DNA of 33,226 bases from Alcaligenaceae bacterium UBA6179. GTDB taxonomy: Bacteria; Pseudomonadota; Gammaproteobacteria; Burkholderiales; Burkholderiaceae_B. Under the pieces are notes generated by a model. The model was given only the letters and a program-made list of their open reading frames with translations, did no database searches and was not told where the DNA came from. A program made the position numbers and the translations under genes. The DNA is taken from the NCBI GenBank assembly GCA_002422175.1, contig DITR01000134.1:13298-46523 (forward strand), in the 5' to 3' direction. This document shows, in pieces, positions 9,131 to 18,299 of this stretch; the first letter of the stretch is position 1; each line of letters starts with the position of its first letter.

Positions 9131-9138
9131 GTTCTTGA

Positions 9139-10134
9139 TTACTGACTAAAGCGCCCAAAAATCATATCAGGTGCGCTGAGGTTATGACGCGAGGCACTGT
9201 TACGGCCCGCCCACAACTCCGTTACATTTGCGCCTTTAAAATTCATGATGGGGGTTTCTAGCCAACCCGGTTGATTTAACTCAAGCCAAGCCACATCAGC
9301 CACATCAGCATTTGAACGGGTGACGTACATTGAGCGGAACGAAGCAAATGGCAACTGTTTGGGTGTATTTTTTAAAGTCACATCAAGTACCTGACGATCG
9401 CGATCAATCGTTTTGATCGTTACACTGCCAGTACCCCCTTGCTTAAAACTTAAATCAAAGCGTTTAGTCTCTGGGTCAAACGTTATATCGTTTAAAACCA
9501 CGACAGGCCGACCCAGTGTTTCAATCGGGCCGACTAAAAACGATGAGCCGTAGGCTGTCCATCGCATGTCGCGATACGCTAATGGTCGGGCTCGCCAATA
9601 CCCATCAGGCGGGTACAGCACCAAAACTTCTTCCGCTCTTTCTTGATGGCGCACCCAAACTTGCAACATATGCAAGCCTTCAAATTTTTTACCACCGATT
9701 TTTACAGGCACTGTATTAGGGCGCCAGAATGAATTAAAAGTAAAGCCCACAATCCATAAATCATCACTTTCAAATATCGTTATGCGCTTAGGGTGGTCTG
9801 CCCCAAAAACAGGGTCTGCAGTCATGTCGCAAGATGTGAAATCAGGCGCATCTTGGTCGTAGGTAATTAAGCCAATATAGGGTGGGTGAGTGGCCTGCAC
9901 CTGAAATGATTGAACTTGGGGTGAATTAAACGTCAGGGCTACATTATCTTTTTCAGCACACAAAACCGATTCGCTATCGTTTGTTACCTGAACGGCGAGT
10001 TTTTGTGCAGGTGCAGCAAGAACAACTGGGGCCCACCCAGAAAAACATAACCCCATTACCAAAACAGTGCGGGTAAGCCCGCGGTATAAACAACCATTTT
10101 TCATCTGAAAACCTGTCAATTTATTAAGCATCAT
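9139..10134 (-). CDS. Secreted hypothetical protein of unknown function; start uncertain (ATG at 10104 or 10053 possible)
   Basis: Long uninterrupted ORF, signal-peptide-like segment ending VVLAAPA, beta/aromatic-rich mature part with two Cys. Confidence 0.7.
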   Translation of the reverse strand: MMLNKLTGFQMKNGCLYRGLTRTVLVMGLCFSGWAPVVLAAPAQKLAVQVTNDSESVLCAEKDNVALTFNSPQVQSFQVQATHPPYIGLITYDQDAPDFTSCDMTADPVFGADHPKRITIFESDDLWIVGFTFNSFWRPNTVPVKIGGKKFEGLHMLQVWVRHQERAEEVLVLYPPDGYWRARPLAYRDMRWTAYGSSFLVGPIETLGRPVVVLNDITFDPETKRFDLSFKQGGTGSVTIKTIDRDRQVLDVTLKNTPKQLPFASFRSMYVTRSNADVADVAWLELNQPGWLETPIMNFKGANVTELWAGRNSASRHNLSAPDMIFGRFSQ

Positions 10135-10188
10135 GGGGTTAAGGTAAAGCCTGAATGTTAAAAATTGAATTTTATAACCATCTCGCGA

Positions 10189-10220
10189 TTTGGTTTGGTG
10201 AAGTTTTGGTTTGGTGAAGT
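10189..10220. repeat. Perfect 16-bp tandem duplication TTTGGTTTGGTGAAGT x2
   Basis: Read directly at 10189-10204 and 10205-10220. Confidence 0.9.
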
Positions 10221-10317
10221 TTTTTTCTGACTAAAACTTCTTCAACAAAGCCCAGAAGTCAAGTCACTAAAAAAATAACCTGACTTGGCAAAAGCTTTAT
10301 AAATAGCCCTACTAATT

Positions 10318-10344
10318 GAAGTCAATGAATCGAAGTCATTGAAT
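10318..10344. repeat. Direct repeat GAAGTCA(A/T)TGAAT x2 (14-bp period) upstream of coxS
   Basis: Read directly at 10318-10330 and 10332-10344. Confidence 0.8.
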
Positions 10345-10408
10345 TATTGCCATTTGTACTCTAGTATTGAGAAAACAAGAACGATATTGCGATTAACAGG
10401 AGACCTGC

Positions 10409-10876
10409 ATGAAAACCGAACTTTCGGTCAACGGTAAGACTGTAACCATTGATGCCGCTGACAACACATTACTTTCAACCGCTATTAGAGAACACCTACA
10501 TTTAACAGGCACACACATTGGCTGTGATACGGCTCAATGTGGCGCCTGTACCGTCATGATTGATGGTAACTCGATTAAGTCTTGCAACATACTTTTGGCG
10601 CAAGCTGCGGGCACCTCAGTCACCACCATTGAAGGCATTGCTGCGCCCGACGGTACCATGCACCCGATGCAACAAGCATTCAAAGACTGTCACGGCCTTC
10701 AGTGCGGTTTTTGTACACCTGGCATGGTAATGAGTGCCTTAGACCTTTGCGCCAAACACCCAGAGGCCTCTGAAACAGAAATCAGAGAGCTACTTGAGGG
10801 CAATATTTGCCGCTGCACTGGTTATCAAAATATTGTCAAAGCTGTGCAGCAAGGTGCTGCGCACATGAACACTTAA
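10409..10876 (+). CDS. coxS: Molybdenum hydroxylase small subunit, 2x[2Fe-2S] (CoxS/CutS family)
   Basis: [13 protein letters not shown] and QCGFCTPG...NICRCTGY; AGGAG SD. Confidence 0.95.
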   Translation: MKTELSVNGKTVTIDAADNTLLSTAIREHLHLTGTHIGCDTAQCGACTVMIDGNSIKSCNILLAQAAGTSVTTIEGIAAPDGTMHPMQQAFKDCHGLQCGFCTPGMVMSALDLCAKHPEASETEIRELLEGNICRCTGYQNIVKAVQQGAAHMNT

Positions 10877-10887
10877 AGGGGTACATC

Positions 10888-13269
10888 ATGGGTTCAAATG
10901 ATTTCGCAAAACTACCCTACATTGGTGAGTCTATTCTTCGTAAAGAAGACGAACGCTTCCTAACGGGTGCAGGAGAATACACCGACGACGTTCAACTGAA
11001 TAATCTAACTTACACCGTCTTTGTGCGTTCGCCCCATGCGCATGCCATCATTAAGTCGATTGATACAAAAACCGCGATGGCTGCACCCGGTGTCTTGGCC
11101 ATTTATATTGGCGAAGATGTTGCACATGACAAAATCAATGGTTTGCCTTGCGGTTGGTTAATTACCAACACCGATGGCACCCCCATGAACGAACCCCCTC
11201 ACCCCATATTGGCTCAAGGTAAAGTGCGCTATGTCGGTGACCACGTCGCGATGGTGATTGCCGAATCTCTCGAAGAAGCGCGTAACGCATCTGAATTAGT
11301 TGAAGTCGATTACGACGTTTTGCCCGCTGTGGCAGATGTGCGCGATACGATGAAAGAAGGGGCACCCTTAATTCACGATCAAGCCCCAAAAAATCATTGC
11401 TATAAGTGGGCAATCGGTGACAAGGCAGCTGTTGATGAAGCGTTTAAATCTGCCGCGCATATCACTAAAATTGATCTTGTCAATAATCGACTCATTCCTA
11501 ACGCAATGGAACCACGCGCTGCAATTGGCTGCTACAGCCGCGCATCAGACGAATATACACTCTACGTTTCAAATCAAAACCCGCATGTTGAACGCTTGTT
11601 ATTGACCGCATTTGTCATGGGACTACCTGAACACAAAGTGCGTGTTATTGCTCCCGATGTAGGGGGTGGCTTTGGTTCAAAAATCTATCTTTATGCAGAA
11701 GATGTCTGTGTGACCTGGGCCGCCAAAAAACTTAACCGTAATATTAAATGGGTTGCCGACCGTAACGAGTCGTTCTTATCAGATGCTCACGGTCGTGATC
11801 ATGTCACACACGCTGAGATGGCACTCGATAAAGACGGTAAATTTTTAGCCTTAAAAGTGAATACTGATGCAAATTTAGGTGCTTATTTATCAACTTTTTC
11901 TACGGCAATTCCCACTATTTTGTACGCCACCTTATTAGCTGGCCAATATGAAACACCGCAGGTTTACGTTGAGGTTGATGCTTGGTTTACCAACACAGCG
12001 CCAGTTGATGCATACCGCGGTGCAGGTCGCCCCGAAGCCACTTATTTACTTGAACGCATTGTGTCTCGCGCGGGTTGGGAACTGGGTCTAACGCAAGACG
12101 ACATTCGTAAACGTAACTTTATTAAGACCTTCCCCTACCAAACGCCAGTCGCCTTGCAATACGACACGGGTAATTTTGTTCAATTAATGGATAAATCACA
12201 AGAGCTCGCTGATGTTAATGGCTTTGCTGCACGCCGAGTTGAAAGTGAAAAGAAAGGTCTGCTGCGTGGCATGGGTTATTCAAGCTATATCGAGGCATGT
12301 GGTCTAGCACCCAGCAATTTAGCGGGTGCTTTAGGGGCGCGTGCAGGTCTATTTGAATGTGGTGAAGTGCGTGTTCACCCTACGGGCAGTGTGACCGTAT
12401 TCACAGGCTCACATAGCCATGGTCAAGGCCACGAAACGACTTTCGCCCAAGTGGTTGCGGCACGCCTTGGTATTTCGGTTGAAAACGTTGATATTGTTCA
12501 CGGCGATACCGGTCGCGTTCCCTTTGGTATGGGCACCTATGGGTCACGATCGATTTCAGTTGGTGGCGCAGCCATTATGAAAGCCATCGATAAAATCGAA
12601 GCGAAGGCCAAGAAGATTGCCGCCCATTTAATGGAAGCCAGTGACACCGATATTGATTTTGAAAATGGTGAATTTACTGTGCGAGGAACTGATAAAAAAG
12701 TACCTTTCGCACAAATTGCGCTGACCGCTTATGTTCCCCATAACTACCCACTTGATAAGCTCGAACCGGGTCTAAATGAAACAGCTTTTTACGACCCCAC
12801 CAACTTTACCTTTCCATCTGGCACATATATTTGTGAAGTTGAAATCAACCCCAAAACCGGTGAAACAAGAGTAGACCGCTTTACAGCTGTTGACGACTTT
12901 GGCACCATCATTAACCCGATGATTGTTGAGGGTCAAGTGCATGGTGGTATTGCCCAAGGTATTGGCCAAGCCTTAATGGAAAACTGCGTTTATGATCGTG
13001 AAACGGGCCAACTATTAACCGGTTCATTTATGGACTACACCATGCCCCGTGCCGATGATTTACCCAACTTTACACTGGGTTATGCCTGCACTCCTTGCAC
13101 CACCAACCCGCTAGGCACCAAGGGCTGTGGTGAAGCGGGCGCGATCGGTTCGCCTCCAGCCGTAATTAATGCTGTACTTGATGCACTGGCACCCTTAGGT
13201 GTAAAAGACTTTGATATGCCTGCCACCCCACTTCGTGTGTGGGAAGCCATTCAATCAGCGCGCGTTTAA
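10888..13269 (+). CDS. coxL: Molybdenum hydroxylase large subunit, form II CoxL-like (xanthine oxidase family)
   Basis: [26 protein letters not shown] active-site loop (12010-12030), GQGHETT, GTYGSRS, GQVHGG, KGCGEAG. Start moved to ATG 10888 behind AAGGGG. Confidence 0.93.
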   Translation: MGSNDFAKLPYIGESILRKEDERFLTGAGEYTDDVQLNNLTYTVFVRSPHAHAIIKSIDTKTAMAAPGVLAIYIGEDVAHDKINGLPCGWLITNTDGTPMNEPPHPILAQGKVRYVGDHVAMVIAESLEEARNASELVEVDYDVLPAVADVRDTMKEGAPLIHDQAPKNHCYKWAIGDKAAVDEAFKSAAHITKIDLVNNRLIPNAMEPRAAIGCYSRASDEYTLYVSNQNPHVERLLLTAFVMGLPEHKVRVIAPDVGGGFGSKIYLYAEDVCVTWAAKKLNRNIKWVADRNESFLSDAHGRDHVTHAEMALDKDGKFLALKVNTDANLGAYLSTFSTAIPTILYATLLAGQYETPQVYVEVDAWFTNTAPVDAYRGAGRPEATYLLERIVSRAGWELGLTQDDIRKRNFIKTFPYQTPVALQYDTGNFVQLMDKSQELADVNGFAARRVESEKKGLLRGMGYSSYIEACGLAPSNLAGALGARAGLFECGEVRVHPTGSVTVFTGSHSHGQGHETTFAQVVAARLGISVENVDIVHGDTGRVPFGMGTYGSRSISVGGAAIMKAIDKIEAKAKKIAAHLMEASDTDIDFENGEFTVRGTDKKVPFAQIALTAYVPHNYPLDKLEPGLNETAFYDPTNFTFPSGTYICEVEINPKTGETRVDRFTAVDDFGTIINPMIVEGQVHGGIAQGIGQALMENCVYDRETGQLLTGSFMDYTMPRADDLPNFTLGYACTPCTTNPLGTKGCGEAGAIGSPPAVINAVLDALAPLGVKDFDMPATPLRVWEAIQSARV

Positions 13270-13285
13270 ATTTAAAGGAACCACG

Positions 13286-14080
13286 ATGTACGACTTCAAA
13301 TACGAGCGGGCTGAGTCAGTTGATCATGCGGTGAAAATGGTTCAAGCCGGAGGCCAACTGCTAGCAGGGGGGCAAACCTTATTAGCCTCAATGAAACAAC
13401 GTCTAACGCAACCTGAGGCTTTAATTGACCTAGGTCGCATGAACGAGCTTGTGGGCATTAAACAGGAAGGTTCAAACTTTATTATTGGTGCCATGACACG
13501 GCATCAAGATGTCGCTCAACATCCAGGTATTAAACAACACATACCCGGCTTAGCTCACTTGGCAGGTGGCATTGGCGACAAACAAGTGAGAGCCATGGGT
13601 ACCATTGGTGGTTCGTTAGCAAATAACGATCCCGCTGCCTGTTACCCCAGCGCTGTCATGGCATTAGATGCAACCCTTCATACCAATATGCGAACCATTA
13701 AAGCTGATGATTATTTTCTAGGTATGTACAGCACCGCACTTGAACCTGATGAAGTCATCACAGCAGTCAGCTTTCCCATTCCTAAAAAATCAGCATATGC
13801 CAAGTTTAAACAACCGGCTTCTCGCTACGCTTTAGTGGGTGTGTTTGTGGCTCAAACAGATCAAGGCGTCAGAGTTGCCATCACCGGCGCAGGCAACGGT
13901 GTGTTTAGACATGAAGGGCTTGAGAACGCATTGCAAGCTTCTTTTACTGCAGCTGCTGTAGACAGCGTCAAAATTGATGACAGTGAGCTAAGTGGTGATT
14001 TGCATGCATCTGCTGCTTATCGTGCCAGTTTGATTATTACTCAAACTCAGCGCGCAGTTGATGCGGCATTGGCTAAATGA
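13286..14080 (+). CDS. coxM: Molybdenum hydroxylase FAD-binding medium subunit (CoxM/CutM family)
   Basis: LAGGQTL, IGD.QVR.MGTIGGSLANNDPAA, K..QPASRYA. Start moved to ATG 13286 behind AAGGA. Confidence 0.93.
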   Translation: MYDFKYERAESVDHAVKMVQAGGQLLAGGQTLLASMKQRLTQPEALIDLGRMNELVGIKQEGSNFIIGAMTRHQDVAQHPGIKQHIPGLAHLAGGIGDKQVRAMGTIGGSLANNDPAACYPSAVMALDATLHTNMRTIKADDYFLGMYSTALEPDEVITAVSFPIPKKSAYAKFKQPASRYALVGVFVAQTDQGVRVAITGAGNGVFRHEGLENALQASFTAAAVDSVKIDDSELSGDLHASAAYRASLIITQTQRAVDAALAK

Positions 14081-14108
14081 TTGCTTCACAAAAGGTTTTA
14101 GCATTATT

Positions 14109-14999
14109 GTGAATACATCAATTGATCAGCTCATCAAGTCGTTTGAGTCGATCGGGTATTTTCCTGATCGACGCTTAGCGACTGCGGTATATTTGGCTCA
14201 AGCCTTAAATCGACCTTTATTGCTAGAAGGCGAACCGGGTGTGGGTAAAACTGAGCTGGCAAAAGTATTGGCTCATATTACCGGTCGATCACTGATTCGT
14301 TTGCAATGTTATGACGGCTTAGAGCAACGTGAAGCATTATATGAGTGGAATTATGCCGCCCAACTTATTCATATGCGCGCAGCCCAAACCGAACGTAACG
14401 CTGAACAAATTGAACAGGAAGTGTATCAATCAAAATATTTGATTCGTCGCCCATTATTACGTGCACTTGAAACACCAGCGCCTGGGGCGGTTTTACTCAT
14501 AGATGAAATAGATCGTGCAGACGAACCCTTTGAGGCGTTTTTACTTGAATATCTGGGCGAGTATCAAGTCAGCATTCCCGAATTGGGTACAGTTCGGGCG
14601 CAACACCAACCCATCACTATTTTGACTAGCAATCGTACACGCGATTTAAGCGATGCAATTAAACGCAGGTGTTTGTATCACTGGGTTGATTACCCTGAAC
14701 GCGAGCGCGAGCTCGCCATTGTGCAACATCGGGTGCCTGACCTGTCGGCTAAGCTGAGTGAACAAGTGACGCAATTTATTGAGCGACTACGCCTGCAGCC
14801 CACGGCAAACGCTTTTTCTCGAAGCCCAGGTATTGCAGAAAGTATTGAATGGGCCAAAGCATTAGTGGCACTCAATACGCTTGAGCTAGACCCTGAAATT
14901 GTGCAAAGTACAGCCGGTGTTATCTTTAAGCAGCGCGATGACGTGTCAGCCCTAGAGCCACTCATCGAAGCGCTGCTTGCCCCTGCTGATGAAACCTAA
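14109..14999 (+). CDS. coxD: MoxR-family AAA+ ATPase (CoxD-like); GTG start inferred
   Basis: Walker A GEPGVGKT, RLQCYDG, YEWNY, Walker B LLIDEID, TSNRTR, RRCLY. Confidence 0.9.
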   Translation: MNTSIDQLIKSFESIGYFPDRRLATAVYLAQALNRPLLLEGEPGVGKTELAKVLAHITGRSLIRLQCYDGLEQREALYEWNYAAQLIHMRAAQTERNAEQIEQEVYQSKYLIRRPLLRALETPAPGAVLLIDEIDRADEPFEAFLLEYLGEYQVSIPELGTVRAQHQPITILTSNRTRDLSDAIKRRCLYHWVDYPERERELAIVQHRVPDLSAKLSEQVTQFIERLRLQPTANAFSRSPGIAESIEWAKALVALNTLELDPEIVQSTAGVIFKQRDDVSALEPLIEALLAPADET

Positions 15000-15019
15000 C
15001 GATTGGTTGAATTAACAGC

Positions 15020-16234
15020 ATGCAACTCGGCGATGCACGAAAGGGTAAGCTAGCCCATAACTTAATTGGGTTTGGTCGAGCGCTTAGGCGTGCAGGCATG
15101 CCAATCGATAGCTCGCGCATCGCCTTAGCACAACAAAGTTGTGCGCTGGTGGGGTTTGATCAACGTCAAGATCTTAAAGCAGCCCTTGAGGCAGTTTTCG
15201 TTAGTCGCCATACCGATCGCAGCGTATTTAGTGAATTATTTGAAGCTTTTTTTCGTAATCCCGAAATTGCCAAACAACTGATGGCACAGTTGCTGCCTCA
15301 AACTAAGGCTGCAACAGAACCTAAACGAAGCCCACGTGCACAAGAAGCCTTAAGCACCCCGCCCCCCATTCAGAAGCAAACAAAGCAAGCACCGCCCAAA
15401 GAAGAAGAAATAAAGCTTGATGCAGCCATGTCAGCCAGTGCACAACATCGGCTTCGGCATGCCGATTTTGATCAGTTAAGTGCGAGCGAATTTAAACTGG
15501 TTGAACGACTTGCGCGTGAAATACCCTTACCCTTACCTCAATTTAAAGCGCGCCGTTCTGTGCAATCAACTCGAGGTGACCGCATACATTGGGGTCGACT
15601 GCTCAACGATGCCGGCCGCTTCGACGGTGAAGTACTGTCGTTACCTAAACAGCGCAGGCGTTTGCAACCACTACCCCTTTTAATATTGGTTGATGTATCA
15701 GGCTCAATGGAACGCTACGCACGTCTCATGTTGGCATTTTTACATCAAGCTACCCGCCACCTGAAGCGCTCAGTTTATGCGTTTGGTACGCAACTTACTC
15801 CCTTGTCAGCCGCCTTTAACGAAGACGATACAGATCAGATGTTGCTTCAAACCAATGCAATGATTAACGACTTTGGTGGCGGCACTCAAATTGGTGAATC
15901 ACTCGCTACGTTTCATAACCATTTTCGACATGAAATGGTGGGACGACGTACCCTCGTTTTGTTAATTAGTGACGGGCTAGATACCGGTGACCTCACTCAA
16001 CTTGATCAACACCTGAATTGGCTCGCTAAACAATCAAGTCAGTTAGTGTGGTTAAACCCTTTATTGCGTTACGATGGTTATGCCCCGTTAGCAGGTGGGG
16101 CACAGTTCATCACAAAGCACGCACACCAAATGCTTGCCATACACAATTTAGACAGCTTAGAAAAATTAGCCCGTTCACTGGCCCAAGTCACCTCAGAACG
16201 CTCGCGCCCCCCTTTTAAGCCACGACCTTCATAA
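15020..16234 (+). CDS. coxE: VWA-domain protein (CoxE-like)
   Basis: MIDAS DVSGSMERY, GGGTQIG, LISDGLDTG, WLNPL; follows the MoxR gene. Confidence 0.9.
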   Translation: MQLGDARKGKLAHNLIGFGRALRRAGMPIDSSRIALAQQSCALVGFDQRQDLKAALEAVFVSRHTDRSVFSELFEAFFRNPEIAKQLMAQLLPQTKAATEPKRSPRAQEALSTPPPIQKQTKQAPPKEEEIKLDAAMSASAQHRLRHADFDQLSASEFKLVERLAREIPLPLPQFKARRSVQSTRGDRIHWGRLLNDAGRFDGEVLSLPKQRRRLQPLPLLILVDVSGSMERYARLMLAFLHQATRHLKRSVYAFGTQLTPLSAAFNEDDTDQMLLQTNAMINDFGGGTQIGESLATFHNHFRHEMVGRRTLVLLISDGLDTGDLTQLDQHLNWLAKQSSQLVWLNPLLRYDGYAPLAGGAQFITKHAHQMLAIHNLDSLEKLARSLAQVTSERSRPPFKPRPS

Positions 16235-16281
16235 TCGTCTTACACTTTATGCTTGTTCTCAAATAACTAGGGAAGTCTATT

Positions 16282-16875
16282 ATGCAAATGCAAGGTACTC
16301 GCCAACTGGCCGCCACTGCTGAACAAGCATGGCTTGCGCTCAACGACCCCAACATTTTGAAACAATGTATTCCCGGTTGCCAAAGTTTTGAACTCAAATC
16401 ACCTGATGTCTACGGGGTTGCAGCCGCCATTAAAGTGGGGCCTGTTTCAGCAAAGTTCTCGGGCACTGTCACCCTCTCAGACATCAAGCCTCCGCATTCT
16501 TATACTTTGTCGTTTGAGGTTCAGGGTGGTGTTGCAGGTCATGGAAAAGGGGTGTCACACGTTGAGCTGGTGCCCAATGCTGAGGGTGTTTTACTAAACT
16601 ACACCGTTGAGTCTCAAATTGGTGGCAAGCTTGCTCAATTGGGTCAACGCTTAATTGACGGCGCGGCCAAGTCAATGGCCAATGATTTTTTTAAACGTTT
16701 TGAAGCGGTTCTTGAAGAACAAACCAGTGGGGCCGCAAATAGCAGCGTGACAGATTTCAATACAGATAAATCACCCATTACGCAAAATAATCAAAGCTCA
16801 GGCTCTATTCCGCGCTGGTTAATCATCGCTGCCGCTACTGCTGCCGCAGTTGTCTTTTACTCAATGTATCAATGA
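16282..16875 (+). CDS. coxG: CoxG (SRPBCC fold) with C-terminal membrane anchor
   Basis: W.ALNDP.IL..CIPGC, KVGPVSAKF.G, GGKLAQLGQRLIDGAAK; hydrophobic tail WLIIAAATAAAVVFY. Confidence 0.92.
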   Translation: MQMQGTRQLAATAEQAWLALNDPNILKQCIPGCQSFELKSPDVYGVAAAIKVGPVSAKFSGTVTLSDIKPPHSYTLSFEVQGGVAGHGKGVSHVELVPNAEGVLLNYTVESQIGGKLAQLGQRLIDGAAKSMANDFFKRFEAVLEEQTSGAANSSVTDFNTDKSPITQNNQSSGSIPRWLIIAAATAAAVVFYSMYQ

Positions 16876-16892
16876 AGCAAGGGTGAGTTGAG

Positions 16893-17933
16893 ATGGAAAA
16901 TCAAGATGTCATTGTTTTAAAACGATTGCTTGAATGGCGAGAAAAACAAGAAAAAGCTGTTTTAGTCACGGTCACACAAACGTGGGGTTCTTCACCCCGG
17001 CCAGTCGGTTCAATTATGGCCTTGTGCGAATCGGGTGCGGTTGTCGGTTCCGTATCGGGCGGCTGCATTGAAGACGATCTGATTGCGCAGTATGCTCGAA
17101 CCAGCATAGATGCAGATCATGTACCTCGCCCTATTCATGACGCTGCACCTGAGCGCGTCAAGTATGGCATTACGGCTGAAGAAGCGAATCGTTTTGGCTT
17201 GCCATGCGGGGGTACGCTTGAATTATTACTTGAATTTAACCCCGACACTCAAACACTTAGGGTTCTGATTGAAGCGCTTGAAAAAGGCGAGTTGATGCAA
17301 CGCATCACCAACCTTAAAACGGGTGTCGTGACCTTACAAGCGACGCAAAGCGTGTCCGCTTTGAAGATTAACGATACACAATTAATCAATACCTTTGGGC
17401 CACAATATCGCATGCTATTAATTGGTGCGGGTCAGCTTGGTGAGTACATCGCTACCATGGCGCTTTTTTGCGGATTTAGTGTCACCATTTGTGACCCCCG
17501 TGAGTCATATGCATCAGGTTGGCGTACACAAGGGGTGAGTCACATGAGTGACTGGCCCGACGATGCAGTCAAACGCTTTGCCCCAGATCGTCGCACCTGC
17601 ATACTGGCACTTACCCATGACCCAAAACTTGATGATTTGGCACTTTTAGAAGCCATTGAAACCGAAGCATTTTATGTTGGAGCCATTGGTTCGCGTAAAA
17701 ATAACCAAGCTCGAAAACAACGCATGATTGAACATTTTGAGCAAACTGACGCCACGCTCGCTAAATTAAAGGGCCCAATTGGCGTCTATATTGGTAGCAA
17801 AACACCCGCTGAAATTGCAGTAAGCATCATGGCTGAAGTGTTGGCTGTTAAGAATGGAGTCAATGTACCTGATCAAATGCATGTTGCTCAAGCAAAAGCG
17901 ATACAAGAACAGATAAGCAAAGAAAGTATTTAA
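16893..17933 (+). CDS. xdhC: XdhC/CoxI-family molybdenum-cofactor chaperone
   Basis: TWGSSPRPVG, GSVSGGCIE, GLPCGG, THDPKLDD, YVGAIGSR, PIG..IGSKTPAEIAVSI. Confidence 0.92.
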   Translation: MENQDVIVLKRLLEWREKQEKAVLVTVTQTWGSSPRPVGSIMALCESGAVVGSVSGGCIEDDLIAQYARTSIDADHVPRPIHDAAPERVKYGITAEEANRFGLPCGGTLELLLEFNPDTQTLRVLIEALEKGELMQRITNLKTGVVTLQATQSVSALKINDTQLINTFGPQYRMLLIGAGQLGEYIATMALFCGFSVTICDPRESYASGWRTQGVSHMSDWPDDAVKRFAPDRRTCILALTHDPKLDDLALLEAIETEAFYVGAIGSRKNNQARKQRMIEHFEQTDATLAKLKGPIGVYIGSKTPAEIAVSIMAEVLAVKNGVNVPDQMHVAQAKAIQEQISKESI

Positions 17934-18082
17934 AATACCCTAAAAATGCTCAACTACCGTCAAAATATAATCAATTAATGACCTAGTCAGGTTAATGTTA
18001 AAAAAATTACCACGATATGCAATAATTTGTTAGACTAGTACTCGTCTTAATAAGCTTTCAAGCTAAAAGTTTTTCCTCCTTT

Positions 18083-18283
18083 ACCTGTTTGCCAGGTCAC
18101 CATAGCCCTGTTTTTATTGGGTTCAAACGCTCTTTCAGAGCATTCGCCGCCCCAAATTATCTTTGGGGTATGCCAAGCACTCAACGAGTGCCTCACCGGA
18201 CTCGCTTCGCAAAACTGCGTTGCGGCAACGATTGGTTAACGAGCACTAAGCCAAACTTTGTCCATCGGTCACTTTTGACCCGA
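18083..18283 (+). other. Candidate structured 5' leader (array of short hairpins) of the ABC transporter operon
   Basis: About eight consecutive inverted repeats read by eye, ending just before the GGAGA SD (18290-18294). No known RNA family recognised. Confidence 0.4.
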
Positions 18284-18299
18284 ACGAACGGAGAAATCT

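Noticed and set aside
10888-13269. True form I CO dehydrogenase (carboxydotrophy)
   Set aside because: The active-site loop is AYRGAGR, not AYxCSFR, and the order is S-L-M rather than M-S-L.
17934-18299. Known riboswitch (glycine, SAM, guanidine, Moco) or BetI box
   Set aside because: I could not find their conserved cores by eye; an Rfam search is needed to exclude them formally.
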